From: Sarea resinae
Taxonomy: Eukaryota
NCBI GenBank assembly: GCA_026026165.1
Contig: JAPEUD010000040.1
Span: 186,001 to 221,929 of the forward strand
DNA: 35,929 nt
Reading direction: 5' to 3'
Numbering within the stretch: position 1 is the stretch's first letter; each line of letters opens with the position of its first letter. A program made the position numbers and the translations under genes. Below the pieces are notes generated by a model, which worked only from the letters and a program-made list of their open reading frames with translations, searched no databases and was not told where the DNA came from. Of the stretch, positions 12,481 to 22,688 are shown piece after piece.

Positions 12481-12580
12481 GAGAGGAAGCGAGGAAGAGA
12501 GGAAGAGAGGAAGAGAGGAAGAGAGGAAGAGAGGAAGAGAGGAAGAGAGGAAGAGAGGAAGAAAGGAAGAAAGGAAGAAA
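12481..12580. repeat. Purine 8-mer tandem repeat (GAGAGGAA)n, about 12 imperfect copies
   Basis: gagaggaa repeated, drifting to gaaaggaa. It produces the spurious REEERKRG and SSSLPLFL ORFs. Confidence 0.92.
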
Positions 12581-12805
12581 TAAAAGAAGGGGTACAGAAA
12601 GAAGCTTCGAAGCTCGATCAGCACGGTATAGATAATCGCAGAAACAGATTGGAAGAGCTAAATTCTGCCAGGCCAGACCAGACCATTCGAAAGCATATGC
12701 CCCATCGCCTTGAGCGAACAGTATTAGCCAGCCTGACTGAGCTTATCTCTTAATATGCGATAGTAGTATTCCTCTTCTTAACACCGCTCACTCACAGCGG
12801 CCACA

Positions 12806-14549
12806 CTAGAACATGACAGCAGCAGCAAGGACAGCCGCGAGCGCGGTCACGAGGAAGCGAGCAAGATTGAAGAACTGCCGCTCAACATCCGGCGTGGGGT
12901 CGCGGCCATTCATATCGAGTTCATGATCATTCATGCCGGGCCCATGGCCATTCATCGCATCAGGACGTGGGGCGAATCTCTGGCTCGACGCATCCGAGCT
13001 GGACTGGCCACTCCCGGGCGGACCATCAGAGGGCCTGTGGTGGCTCAAGGTAGTCCATCTGGGCGGCTCCCCCTGCCCTGGTTTGGGGGGAATGTCACCA
13101 AACTCGATGCGCGCGAGCATGATCTCGTAAATGCCCGATGAGGTACCACCGCGGATCTGACTTGTCCAGGACACAAGCAGGTGCTTGCCGTCGCCGCCCG
13201 CGTCGTCTTCTTCAACCTCGCTGGAGCCGAACCATCGGTTGAGGCGGCCAGGCGGGTCCTCCGTTGGCGTGAACGCTGTCCTAGGGTAGTACTGTCTGTT
13301 GAAGTATTCTGGATGGGCTTGGCCGGCGTAATTATAGCCGCCTGGTCCTGGTGGGGTGGCAAAGACTTCTTGCTCGGGCGACCAAGCGTATCGGATCAAG
13401 GCTTCTGCATCTCCTCCCTGGATGCCGTTACCGAGGCGACCACCTGCCGTCCAGATGGCCGAGGTATCATTGAGGGGATTATCGAGATCGAGGTAGCGCA
13501 TATAGAACTTTGAGTCAGCCATGTGGTTGAAGTACACAAGCACAAAGGTGCCGAAGTAAGGACTCCAGAACAGATTGCCGTTCGAGAAAGAACCAGTTAG
13601 ATATAGGTCTTCCGGACCAGTGATGTTTGGGTCGGGGGTCTGGTCCGTAAAGGTGCGTGTCCGGGGCTCGTAATACTTGTATGCATCATGGTCCATAATT
13701 TGTGAAGCTGGAGCACGAGCCAGCTGAAGGCCGGATGCTGTCTTGCCAAGGACATAGATGTCTGTATCATCCCCCCTGCGGTTCGGGTCCCGATCCGTAC
13801 TAGCATATCCTACGACGGCAGAAAACCCTCCGAATGGAACTTCGGTATCAGGGAACATAAGATCATTTTGCCGTGTGGCTTGCGGGCCCCAATGCCTGAG
13901 TTCTATTGAGACCAACGTGATCCCTCGAGACTTGAACATCCTATCTGTATGTTGCTGCAGCTCGTCCACATACGTGAGAGGGGCGAAGATGAAGGCTTGA
14001 TTATCGACGAGCGCAGTTGGCGCAGTAGCGGGCCCTGTAAATTTGAGACGAACATCCCTCATGTCATAGGTGAAGAGACTTACAGATGGCAATTCTCTCT
14101 CTATTCCTGTGGTCATTGTTGAAGTCGATTTCATCCTGATTGAATGGAATCCAACCGCCGCCACCATTGACAGCGTCTCCCTGCTCGATAGCTCTTCCTT
14201 CTCTGCCTTGTGCACCTCTGACTTCCTCAATGTGGAAATCGCGAACTTCGGAAATGGTGTCTTCGACGTTGGAAGCGTATGCAGCAGAGTTTGAGACAAA
14301 CGAAAGAATGCGTCCTTGCTCTGACATGCATTGGGTGTCGTCATAGACCCAGACGACCTTGTCCTCGATCAAGAAGCTGAAGCCTCCATCACGAGACACA
14401 TTGGTGATATCTGGAGTCCTCTGATGGCCAATGATCTCAGTGGTTTTCACGACGACAGGTGTCCACGGTGTCGCACCAGATGCCATGATGTGCAGAAATA
14501 TAGATGATATGAGACAAAGATGTGGACAGTTGTTGTATGTGCTTAGCAT
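12806..14549 (-). CDS. Secreted, probably GPI- or C-terminally anchored DUF4185-like (putative beta-propeller glycoside hydrolase-like) protein, about 564 aa. Exons 14549-14084 and 14034-12806
   Basis: ATG at 14549 with a signal-like N-terminus (MLSTYNNCPHLCLISSIFLHIMASGA). Intron 14083-14035 (GTAAGT...TTTACAG) gives RERIAI-W-PATAPT. Motifs SRDGGFS...WVYDDT, LQLARAP, GNLFWSPYFGTFVLVY and NYAGQAHPEY. S/G/P-rich spacer, then hydrophobic C-terminus FLVTALAAVLAAAVMF. The gene model is solid; the family call is from memory. Confidence 0.65.
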
Positions 14550-14736
14550 GATCAGAAGAAGCAGAGGAAGAAGATGAGGTGCGACGTTCAGAGTGGGATG
14601 GTGGATGGCGATATCAGATGGAGGTCTCCGCTCGTACTTCCTACTTGATGAAGCAACATCCTGCAAGGTCCTATTCACAACTCTTCAAAATCGCACCTCA
14701 TTGGCATTTCTCTCAGATTAATCATCATCAAGCCTG

Positions 14737-16479
14737 TCAAGCCCATCTCTCAAGGAATTTCTCACGATGTGGATCATGGCGTTCCAGAACCTCCAAGTCC
14801 AACCCTGCCATGCCCTTCCCAACCACACTGAGCTCCTTCTCCAAAGCATCAATACTCAATTGCAACTCTTCATCGACCAAAGAGACGTTATGATACTTGG
14901 ACTGAGCATAGAGCGTGTCAGTTAGCACCTGGGAGGTCATAGCAGCATCACCAATATAGCTGACGAGTGATGATTCGAGAGTCGACTCCAGGCTTGCAAG
15001 TTGACCCCTTAGCTTCTGCTGGCGCTCTCGCACCGCCACTTCTAATGCCCGTTGACGCTCATCTCGATCACCTTCCGGCAAAGAAAGGCTCAATAGCCTC
15101 AAGAGCTGATCAGCCGGCTCACCAGTGTTTCCAGCTGCAGCCACCGAGTCCCTCCCTTTAGCATCCTGAAAATTAAAAGGCGACTTCTTCGTCTGACTTA
15201 GAGACATATGCCGACTAAATCTACGACTCTTTCTGGGTGACGAAGCTGCCTCCTGTGAGCCGGCAAGCTCCTTCTCTGCCAATTCACCGACGGCCTCAAT
15301 TGCTTTGCGGTGATAGTGATAATTCTGGATCCGCGAGCTAAGAGAATCAAGCCTGTCGGCCAAAGAAGAGAGAGTAGAGGTTATCTTTTTTGTTAGTGAT
15401 AGCCTCGAGGGTGAGAGTGAGTACCTACATATTCGAAAGCCTTATCGGACGCCTCCATTCGTTCGTCCTCTTTCTTCTCCAAACCGAAAATAATAGGGTC
15501 TTTAAATTCATGGTTGACAGCCATATCGGTGACCGAATAGATCTCTGGATATAGCATTTCGAGCTCCTCCTGAAGCTCAAGAGCCTCATCAGAGTCTTGG
15601 TCATTCGGACCCACCCGATCAGACAAGGCTGAGGCTAGATAGTGCTCTAGGAAAATGCGATCCAAACGACATCGAACCTCCTCGACCCGGAACTCAACAA
15701 GTTTAGCACTCAGCTTTTGGACTCTGTCAATTTTGTCTTTATCATCGTCTCGAGTTTCAAGCCCCACGGCCAACCGTTGTAGTCCATTGAGAAGCTTGTC
15801 GTCCGCTCGGAGCGTCTCTGCCACCGCAGGGGTCAGGAGTGCCGTAGAAGATCGGATCTGTTGTTTAGAGGCCGCAAGCCGTTCTGTGAGATTCTGAGAA
15901 AGCTCATCGCACTGCAAGAAGCTTAGCCAATTTTTTTATCCAAGGTTTGAAAGCCAGCTTACAGCCAAACCAATATGCTGCTTTTCAATTGCATATCTCC
16001 GTTGCCGCTGCTCGGTCGGTCGTTTGCGAGCCACAGCATCCTGTCTGGACTTCTCCTTCATAGCTGTAAGAGCATCTCGTTGACTTTTGAGGATCTGATT
16101 TTGCTTCTCGATTTCGGTTGTTGAGATATTTAGTCTTTCGATGGCGGTGCGGATGTCATCGTCGAGAATGGGAGAGATCGCTGAGAGATCTTGACTCGCT
16201 GATATCCTGCGAAAGGTGCCATCTTTCTCAAGCCTGGTATATCTAAAAAGCCACAGTCAACTCCAAGCCAATAAGTGAAAGAGCACATCAAGATACTCAC
16301 AAGTCTAGTTCCTCCTTGGACAGTAACGTCTCTTGGCCTAGATATTGAGTAACCCATTTCGTGACTTCTTCACGAGTTTTGGGAGAATCAAAGGCCCATG
16401 CCACATCGTCGCGAGATAGTGGTATGTTCCTCTCACGAAGGACTTGAAGTAGGCGCTCTAGTGGCGATTGTTCAGCCAT
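14737..16479 (-). CDS. HAUS3: Augmin/HAUS complex subunit 3-like coiled-coil protein, about 529 aa. Exons 16479-16301, 16242-15963, 15911-15429, 15384-14737
   Basis: The spliced N-terminus DDVAWAFDS...VTKWVTQYLGQETLLSKEELDLYTRLEKDG matches the HAUS3 N-terminal pattern (DFDWLFE...FLKWF...NVLSERELEAF..L.KSG). Introns 16300-16243, 15962-15912 and 15428-15385 keep frame. The remainder is heptad-rich. Confidence 0.72.
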
Positions 16480-16712
16480 TTTGCTATGTCTACAAATTGA
16501 TCGATGTTGTTGTGGTCTGGTGTTTTGGGACGGATAAGAACACGGGCGGTGAGGTGCCGATGTTGTTATACCGGTTAAATGTTAATCCGACGGACATAAT
16601 CAACAAGCCCGGCCGATCGGAGGTGACTCAATTGGCGGGGCTTTATTCAACACCACCATACACCTGCGATTCTGCCTTGTTTTTAGACATCATGGGAGAT
16701 AGATGAATCATA

Positions 16713-18778
16713 ATGGCAGAAGCTTCGGGCTTTCTCGATATCCTCAAAGATGTTGCCATTGCAATAGCCCTAGTAAGTATGCATTGACCCAATTGCATCC
16801 CCATCTGCTATAAATTAGCTATCGTCTGAACCGTTGCTCACTCTTATCTAGGTCGCCCGGCTATCATGGCGCCGAACGATCACGGCATGGCTTTACATAC
16901 CTTTTGGAATTTTTGTGATTCTTGCAGCATGTTTCGGAGTTGATTCTCTGATTGGCTTAAGTTCTGTTTCGTTTCCCGCATCAGTGGCTTGTATGATTAT
17001 ATTATTCTTTGCCTTGATCCTTTGCGAGATTGTGCTAGGGGATCGGAGAACGAGGGCGATCGTAAGGGTGATTGACGTTCCCGTATGTTGGATCTCGCTC
17101 TCAGAATGAGGTTCTAATGGAGCCAATTATTGATATAATTCAAGGGAGGCTTCGCCCTACGCTACATCAACATATTCTTTACACCCAGCTTCGTCAAGCT
17201 CCCTCTGTCACCCTCTATTAGCGGAGTCGAAATCGGCAAGATAATCGGCCTCTTCAGTAAGTCTCACTGCCTATCTCTTTAAGGCTGCCAACTGCCTATC
17301 TCTTTAAGGCTGCCAACTCCTTCATCAATCTTTTGCGCCAATCGTTTATTTGCTATTTGCCATAGAGACTAATAATGTGTCTTCAAAAGTCATCGGCTAC
17401 ATTGTCGTCCTAGCCATGACAGCCTACATGACACGCGGCCTGCAACTTCTCCTTGGCACATCCAAACGGGCCCTCACAGAGCGAGCAGAGGAAATGGGCC
17501 ACGAGCATGACGACATCCCTCTGACGCAGGTCCAACACCCAGAACACGAGGAAGAAGAGAGCCGGCAATCTGGCAGTCCAGCTGCCGAGGAGGATGCCTC
17601 AACTGCCTCCCCACCTCCACCACAGCCAGCAGCCGAACTCACTGCTCCGCTTAGAGCCCAAGACCCCTCCAGCATCCGTGTCACAAATGGCCCTCCCTCT
17701 CCGCCGACCTCCGCCAGCGTTTCAGCCCTTCAACCACCCCACCAAGAGCCCCTCCCTCTATCTCGGCCCCAAAAATATGCTGCTCTCCTCTCTCCCCACC
17801 TTGACCCTCTAACATACAGTCTCCTCTTCGTCCTCGTTGGCCTTCCCCTCTACTACTCCCCGGTATCCTATGCAATGCCCATCCACCTAACTCTGAATAT
17901 TCTTGCATATTTCGGCGCTCTCGCCATCCCCGCAAAATACAAAAGATTCTTGCATCCTGTGCTGGTATCCTCAGGGGTGACCATATTAGGTATCTATATC
18001 CTGGATTTGATACACCGTCAGAGTCTAGACGATTCGCTTCACGCCTACGAAACAGGAACCAAGTACCTGCAACTGTGGCGGGGACAGAGAAGTCCACCTC
18101 CAGGTGCCGGAGATATTTTTGGCAGCGTATTGGATGCTAGTATTGTATCACTTGCTTTGCCTATGTTCCAATTCAGAAACGAGTTAAAACGACATGTATG
18201 TCTTTCTGTCTTGCATTCTACGCTCTATTAACACCCACTGACACCCTGCTTATGGGCAAGCAGTTCATTTCCATCACCTTCCCGTCTCTATCGCTGGCAA
18301 TCGGCAGCCTTTTCATCTACCCTCTTCTATGCTACCACCTCTCTCTTCCTTCGTCCCACGCTCTCGCCTTCCCGTCCAGAAGCTTGACGCTTGCTCTTGC
18401 GACACCGGCGACCAAGAACCTAGACGGCGACATCACCTTGAATGCTGTGCTGGCTATCATGAGCGGTATCCTTGGGGTATTAATAGGACCCAACCTTCTC
18501 AAGTGGATGCGTATTCCGGAGGGTAAGCACGCCCGTTTATCTTTTTATCTTTATCATTCATACGGTATGCTCAACCCAAGCCAGACGACTACGTCACCCG
18601 TGGCGTCTCTCTAGGCATCAATTCGTCGGCGATCGCCACTGCCCTTCTTTTACTTTCCGATCCGCGGGCCGCTGCGCTGAGTAGTCTTTCCATGAGCCTC
18701 TTTGGCGCATGCATGGTGGTGCTGACTTCCGTACCACCCATTGTGAACGTCGTCAAGAGTTTGGCGGGGCTTGGTTGA
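16713..18778 (+). CDS. LrgA-LrgB fusion membrane protein (LrgB-like family; plant PLGG1/LrgB homologue), about 553 aa. Exons 16713-16772, 16852-17082, 17145-17256, 17390-18195, 18264-18522, 18585-18778
   Basis: LrgA-like SFPASVACMIILF...GGFALRYINIFFTPSFVKLPL. LrgB-like LDASIVSLALPMFQFRNELKRH, LAFPSRSLTLALATP and DDYVTRGVSLGINSSAIATA. Five GT-AG introns keep frame to TGA at 18776-18778. Confidence 0.87.
17266..17318. repeat. Perfect 25-bp tandem duplication in intron 3 of the LrgAB gene
   Basis: actgcctatctctttaaggctgcca at 17266-17290 and 17291-17315, followed by act. Confidence 0.92.
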
Positions 18779-19656
18779 CAGTTTTGGTATCCCAAACAGT
18801 CATGCCATTACGGATTTGAGACGGACATCTCATCATCGTCTTGGACATATCTGTATTGAGTCCCGAATATCGAGATTGATTATCGTAAGGCTGTTGCAAA
18901 TGGGTAGACACAACGTACATAGTAGCTTGAGGAGAAAGACTAGCCCTCGGCTGCTATCTCATTTCGGGACGCGAGACAAGCTATTTCCTGAGCTGCAGGT
19001 ATCCCTGGCCCGAGAGACCCCTTTCATCCGCTAAGCTGGAGAACATGACCCTACCTACTACATAGTACTCTCTACCGCCGCAAGCGTGGCACAGCCCGAC
19101 AGACGACTATCAGTGCCCTTTTCGACCGAGCTGACATTGATGAGGATCATTTGCGTTTGTTGAGTACTACTCTGTATGAGTACGATGGCTGCGGACGGCA
19201 CGATCTCCGTGATGAAGAAGATTCGATGTACGATGTTTTACTACTCCGCAGAGTGAAGGATGAGGCCACTCCTACAGCCAAGGATGGCTGCATGCAGCGC
19301 GACAGAGCCAAGACCGCCCCTCGACTCCTCGGGCGCCTGATTTGATCTCGGATGTCTTGGCGTCTCTCAGCTCTGGCGCTTCGCATCTTGTTATTGACTA
19401 TTGGGTTCCAGCTTCACTGGCACGCGGCTCGCTCTTGACGCGGGCATGCGTTGGCTACTGGCTCGCGCACCTCATTGCCGCCGGCCAACCAACATGTCTG
19501 GTCTGGACTGCCCAGTGCCTCTGCAACTGACAATTTGACCTGCTCGTCGCTTTCCTGCGATTCTTGTACTGCTTTCGCTGCGGGCTCGCAATCACCAATC
19601 TGAATCGACGAGGACCGCTGAAGAGGCCATCGCGTGAGTCAGTCTCATCGCCCAGC

Positions 19657-21304
19657 ATGTTCAGACGAAGCCTAGCGTCGACAAACGGGCAAGAAGTCGA
19701 CGAAAGCCAAAGTAGCAACGGCAATGGCACTGGCACTGGCATTGATCCCTTTCCAAAGCCGACATCCAAGACCGAAACCAAAACCAAAGGAGCCCGTCTG
19801 CCCATCTTCAACCACAACGGCCACAAGGTGACGCGGGGTGTCCATCCCGACGGCGAGAGCGGGCGAAGGGGTCTCCACCCATGGCATTTCCTGAAGATTG
19901 TCATGCGCAGCACCAGCTTGGCATCTCGAGTCGTCAATGTTCTCTGGCCATTCGTCCCCGCTGCGATTGCCATTGTGAGAGCTGATACGGAAAGACGTGA
20001 GATTGGGCTGACTCGGTCAATAGCATTTTGCTCGTCCGGATTTACACCTGTGGATCTTCATTCTCAATTACATCGCCATGGTGCCAACGGCCAACTTGGT
20101 AGGCTTCGCCGGTCAAGAGCTCGCTCGAAAGCTGCCGAAGGTCTTGGGAGTCATTCTCGAGACGACTTTGGGCTCCATCGTTGAGATAGTGCTCTTCATG
20201 GTTCTCATCCACAATTCAAAGCATGGTACTCTGATCGTCAGTTGCTCTCTACCCTTTCGACTTTTCCTTCTAATTTCTAATTCTATTGGCCAATTAGAAC
20301 GTCATCCAAGCAGCAATTCTCGGTTCTATGCTCGCAAATCTACTCCTCTGCCTCGGCCTCTGCTTCTTCGTAGGCGGCATCCGACGAAACGAACAGCACT
20401 TTGACGAGGCCGTCAGCGAAGTCGGGAGCGGCCTGCTCCTGGTCGCAGGAATGGGCCTCGCCGTACCAGCCGTCTTCCAAACGGCCCTCAACGGCGCGAT
20501 GGAGGCAGAATTACTGCAAGACCGCGTCCTGAAAATTAGCCGCATAACCTCTATCTTCCTCCTCGTCGCCTTTTTCATGTAAGCTAGCATTGCCTCTCCC
20601 TCTGCACCCTCTAGGCGCGACTCAGCACTGAGGGAAACCATTCATTGGACTAACGACTCGGCAACAATAGCTACGTATTCTTCCAATCCTTTACGCACCA
20701 CAGCATGGTCGAAGCCGTGCTCCTCACCGACGAAGAAAAAGACGAAGACCGCCACAAAGACCTGCGCAAAGCCAAACTTACTCTCACAGAATGCCTCGTC
20801 GCGCTCTCCGTGGCCCTCACCTGCGTCTCGATGCACGCCGTGTTCCTGGTCCAGCAGATCGACTACATCGTGGCGGCGCGGCACGTGACGGAGAATTTCC
20901 TGGGGCTGATCTTGGTGCCGCTAGTGGAGAAAGCAGCGGAGCACCTGACGGCGGTCGACGAGGCATGGGACAACCAGATGAACTTTGCGCTGGCGCACGT
21001 GTTGGGGGCGACGATCCAGACGGCGCTGCTGAACGCGCCGCTGGTCGTCATCGCCGGCTGGGGCCTGCACAAGCACATGGACCTCGACTTTGACATCTTC
21101 ATGGTCGTCGTCCTCATCCTGGCGATCCTGGTCGTCGGCAATTTCCTCCGGGACGGCAAGAGCAACTACCTCGAGGGCGCGCTCTGCGTGCTTGTTTACT
21201 TGATCATCGCCGTCACGAGCTGGTATTATGAGTATCCTGCTGAGAGCGCTAGTGATACCGCGGAGGGGAATGCCAGTGGTGGAGCGGCTAGGGCGTTGTT
21301 GTGA
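19657..21304 (+). CDS. CAX/Vcx1-family Ca2+/H+ exchanger (CaCA superfamily), about 481 aa. Exons 19657-19974, 20024-20236, 20298-20578, 20671-21304
   Basis: NVLWPFVPAAIA, YIAMVPTANLVG, VIQAAILGSMLANLLLCLGLCFFVGG, FLGLILVPLVEKAAEH and LRDGKSNYLEGALCVLVY. Introns 19975-20023, 20237-20297 and 20579-20670. The start codon is the least certain part. Confidence 0.9.
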
Positions 21305-21551
21305 TGGGCGTTCCCGGCCTCCCTATCGGTTCTGATGGTGCTGGTGGTGCTGGTGGCGGCGCTGGGCTTCTTGGTGTTTCTATGAGGGGTGGAGCACAGG
21401 TCTATTGGCAGCGGTGCCGTAGTCGGGCGTTTTATCATCCCATCCCATCCGCATCCCTTTCTCAAACCCAAGCAATTCGAAAACACTTTGCATTTCTTTT
21501 TTCTGTTGGCGGCGACGGCGGTGGCGGCGGCATGGCGTGCTGAGGCGAATG

Positions 21552-21682
21552 GAAATGAAATGAAATGAAATGAATTGAATTGAAATGAAATGGATGGTAT
21601 GATATAGTCGATACCTAAATAGATAGCACAATACAATCATGGCTTGCTTTGACTCACTACTCCTACTCCTACTCCTACTCCT
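21552..21682. repeat. (GAAAT)n at 21552-21592 and (CTCCTA)n at about 21657-21682
   Basis: Read directly. Confidence 0.8.
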
Positions 21683-22019
21683 CTTACCACTACCACTACC
21701 TACCACGACTTACCTCCTTACTCTACCTCCCAGTTTGATTGCCATCTGTAGGTACTTACTGATCTCTCTGCACGCTGACATGCTCTCGACATGTACACTT
21801 GTACTTACACTTATACTTATCCTCACACTTACACTCATACCAAGACGCCTCCTCGCCGACTCAGTTGCTTATCTTGCCCGCATACCCACTTACTTATCTA
21901 CCCACATACCCGCATATTCACCTATTCACCTACCTGTGTACCCAAGTAAGAGAGAAGGAGCGTGAGGCTGGGCTGATGTAATGATTCGGCAGAGGGGTGT
22001 AGTCGATGTAGTCGATGTA

Positions 22020-22480
22020 GTAGAAGGAGAAGAAGGGAGGGAGGGAGATGGGTGAGAGAGGGAGGGGGTGATAAGTGGTAGGTGATGAGTGAGCGGAGGT
22101 ATGATAGGGTTAGTGGGATATATGATGAAAGGTGGGGTGAAGTAGGTAAGAGGGGTAAGTGAGGTGAGGTAGGTGAGGGGGAGAGGTGAGAGAGGTGAGG
22201 CAAGGAACTAGTGAGGTAGGTAGGTAGGTAGGTAGGTAGGTATGAGAGGTTAGGAAGGAGAGATGAGGTTGGTGACATAAGGTTGCTAAGGTCTGAGAGG
22301 TAAGAGGAGACGTAGGATCTAGTGAGGTCGGAGAGGTGAGAGGAGAGGTAGGAGGATAAGAGGAGAGGTAAGAGGTAAGGTTGGTGAGAAGAGGTTGGTG
22401 AGGTCGGAGAGGAGAGGTCGGAGAGGTGAGGTAAGAGGATAAGATCTGGTGAGGTCAGAGAGGAGAGGTAAGAGAAAAAG
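22020..22480. repeat. Long purine-rich low-complexity tract (GAGAGGT[A/G]AG-like units with an internal (GTAG)n)
   Basis: About 460 nt almost devoid of C on the + strand, between the convergent CAX and pepP 3' ends. Confidence 0.8.
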
Positions 22481-22688
22481 TGAATAAAGCGGTTGGCGGC
22501 ATAGACATGTCTTTTCACCCTTTCCCTTATTCCGAAATTCACGTTTACGGTCATGTTTATAACGGTTTCATTTTTCTATTTTCTCTCTTTATTTCTCCCT
22601 TCTCCTCTCTCACCTTTCTCACCTTTCTAACCTTTCTCACCTCTCCTGTTTTCCTTTCACCCCTCTCCCTTAATCTCACGGCATCATA

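Noticed and set aside
14084..14344. N-terminal part of the 512-aa ORF (MTTPNACQ...)
   Set aside because: Wrong frame; the real N-terminus is in the 14064-14678 frame and joins through intron 14083-14035.
3777..16479. POL4, PDS5 and HAUS3-like genes as a chromosome-maintenance cluster
   Set aside because: They are interleaved with unrelated genes and share no clear regulatory signature; ordinary synteny explains it.
21922..22554. 210-aa S/L/P-rich minus-strand ORF
   Set aside because: Translation of the purine-rich low-complexity tract.
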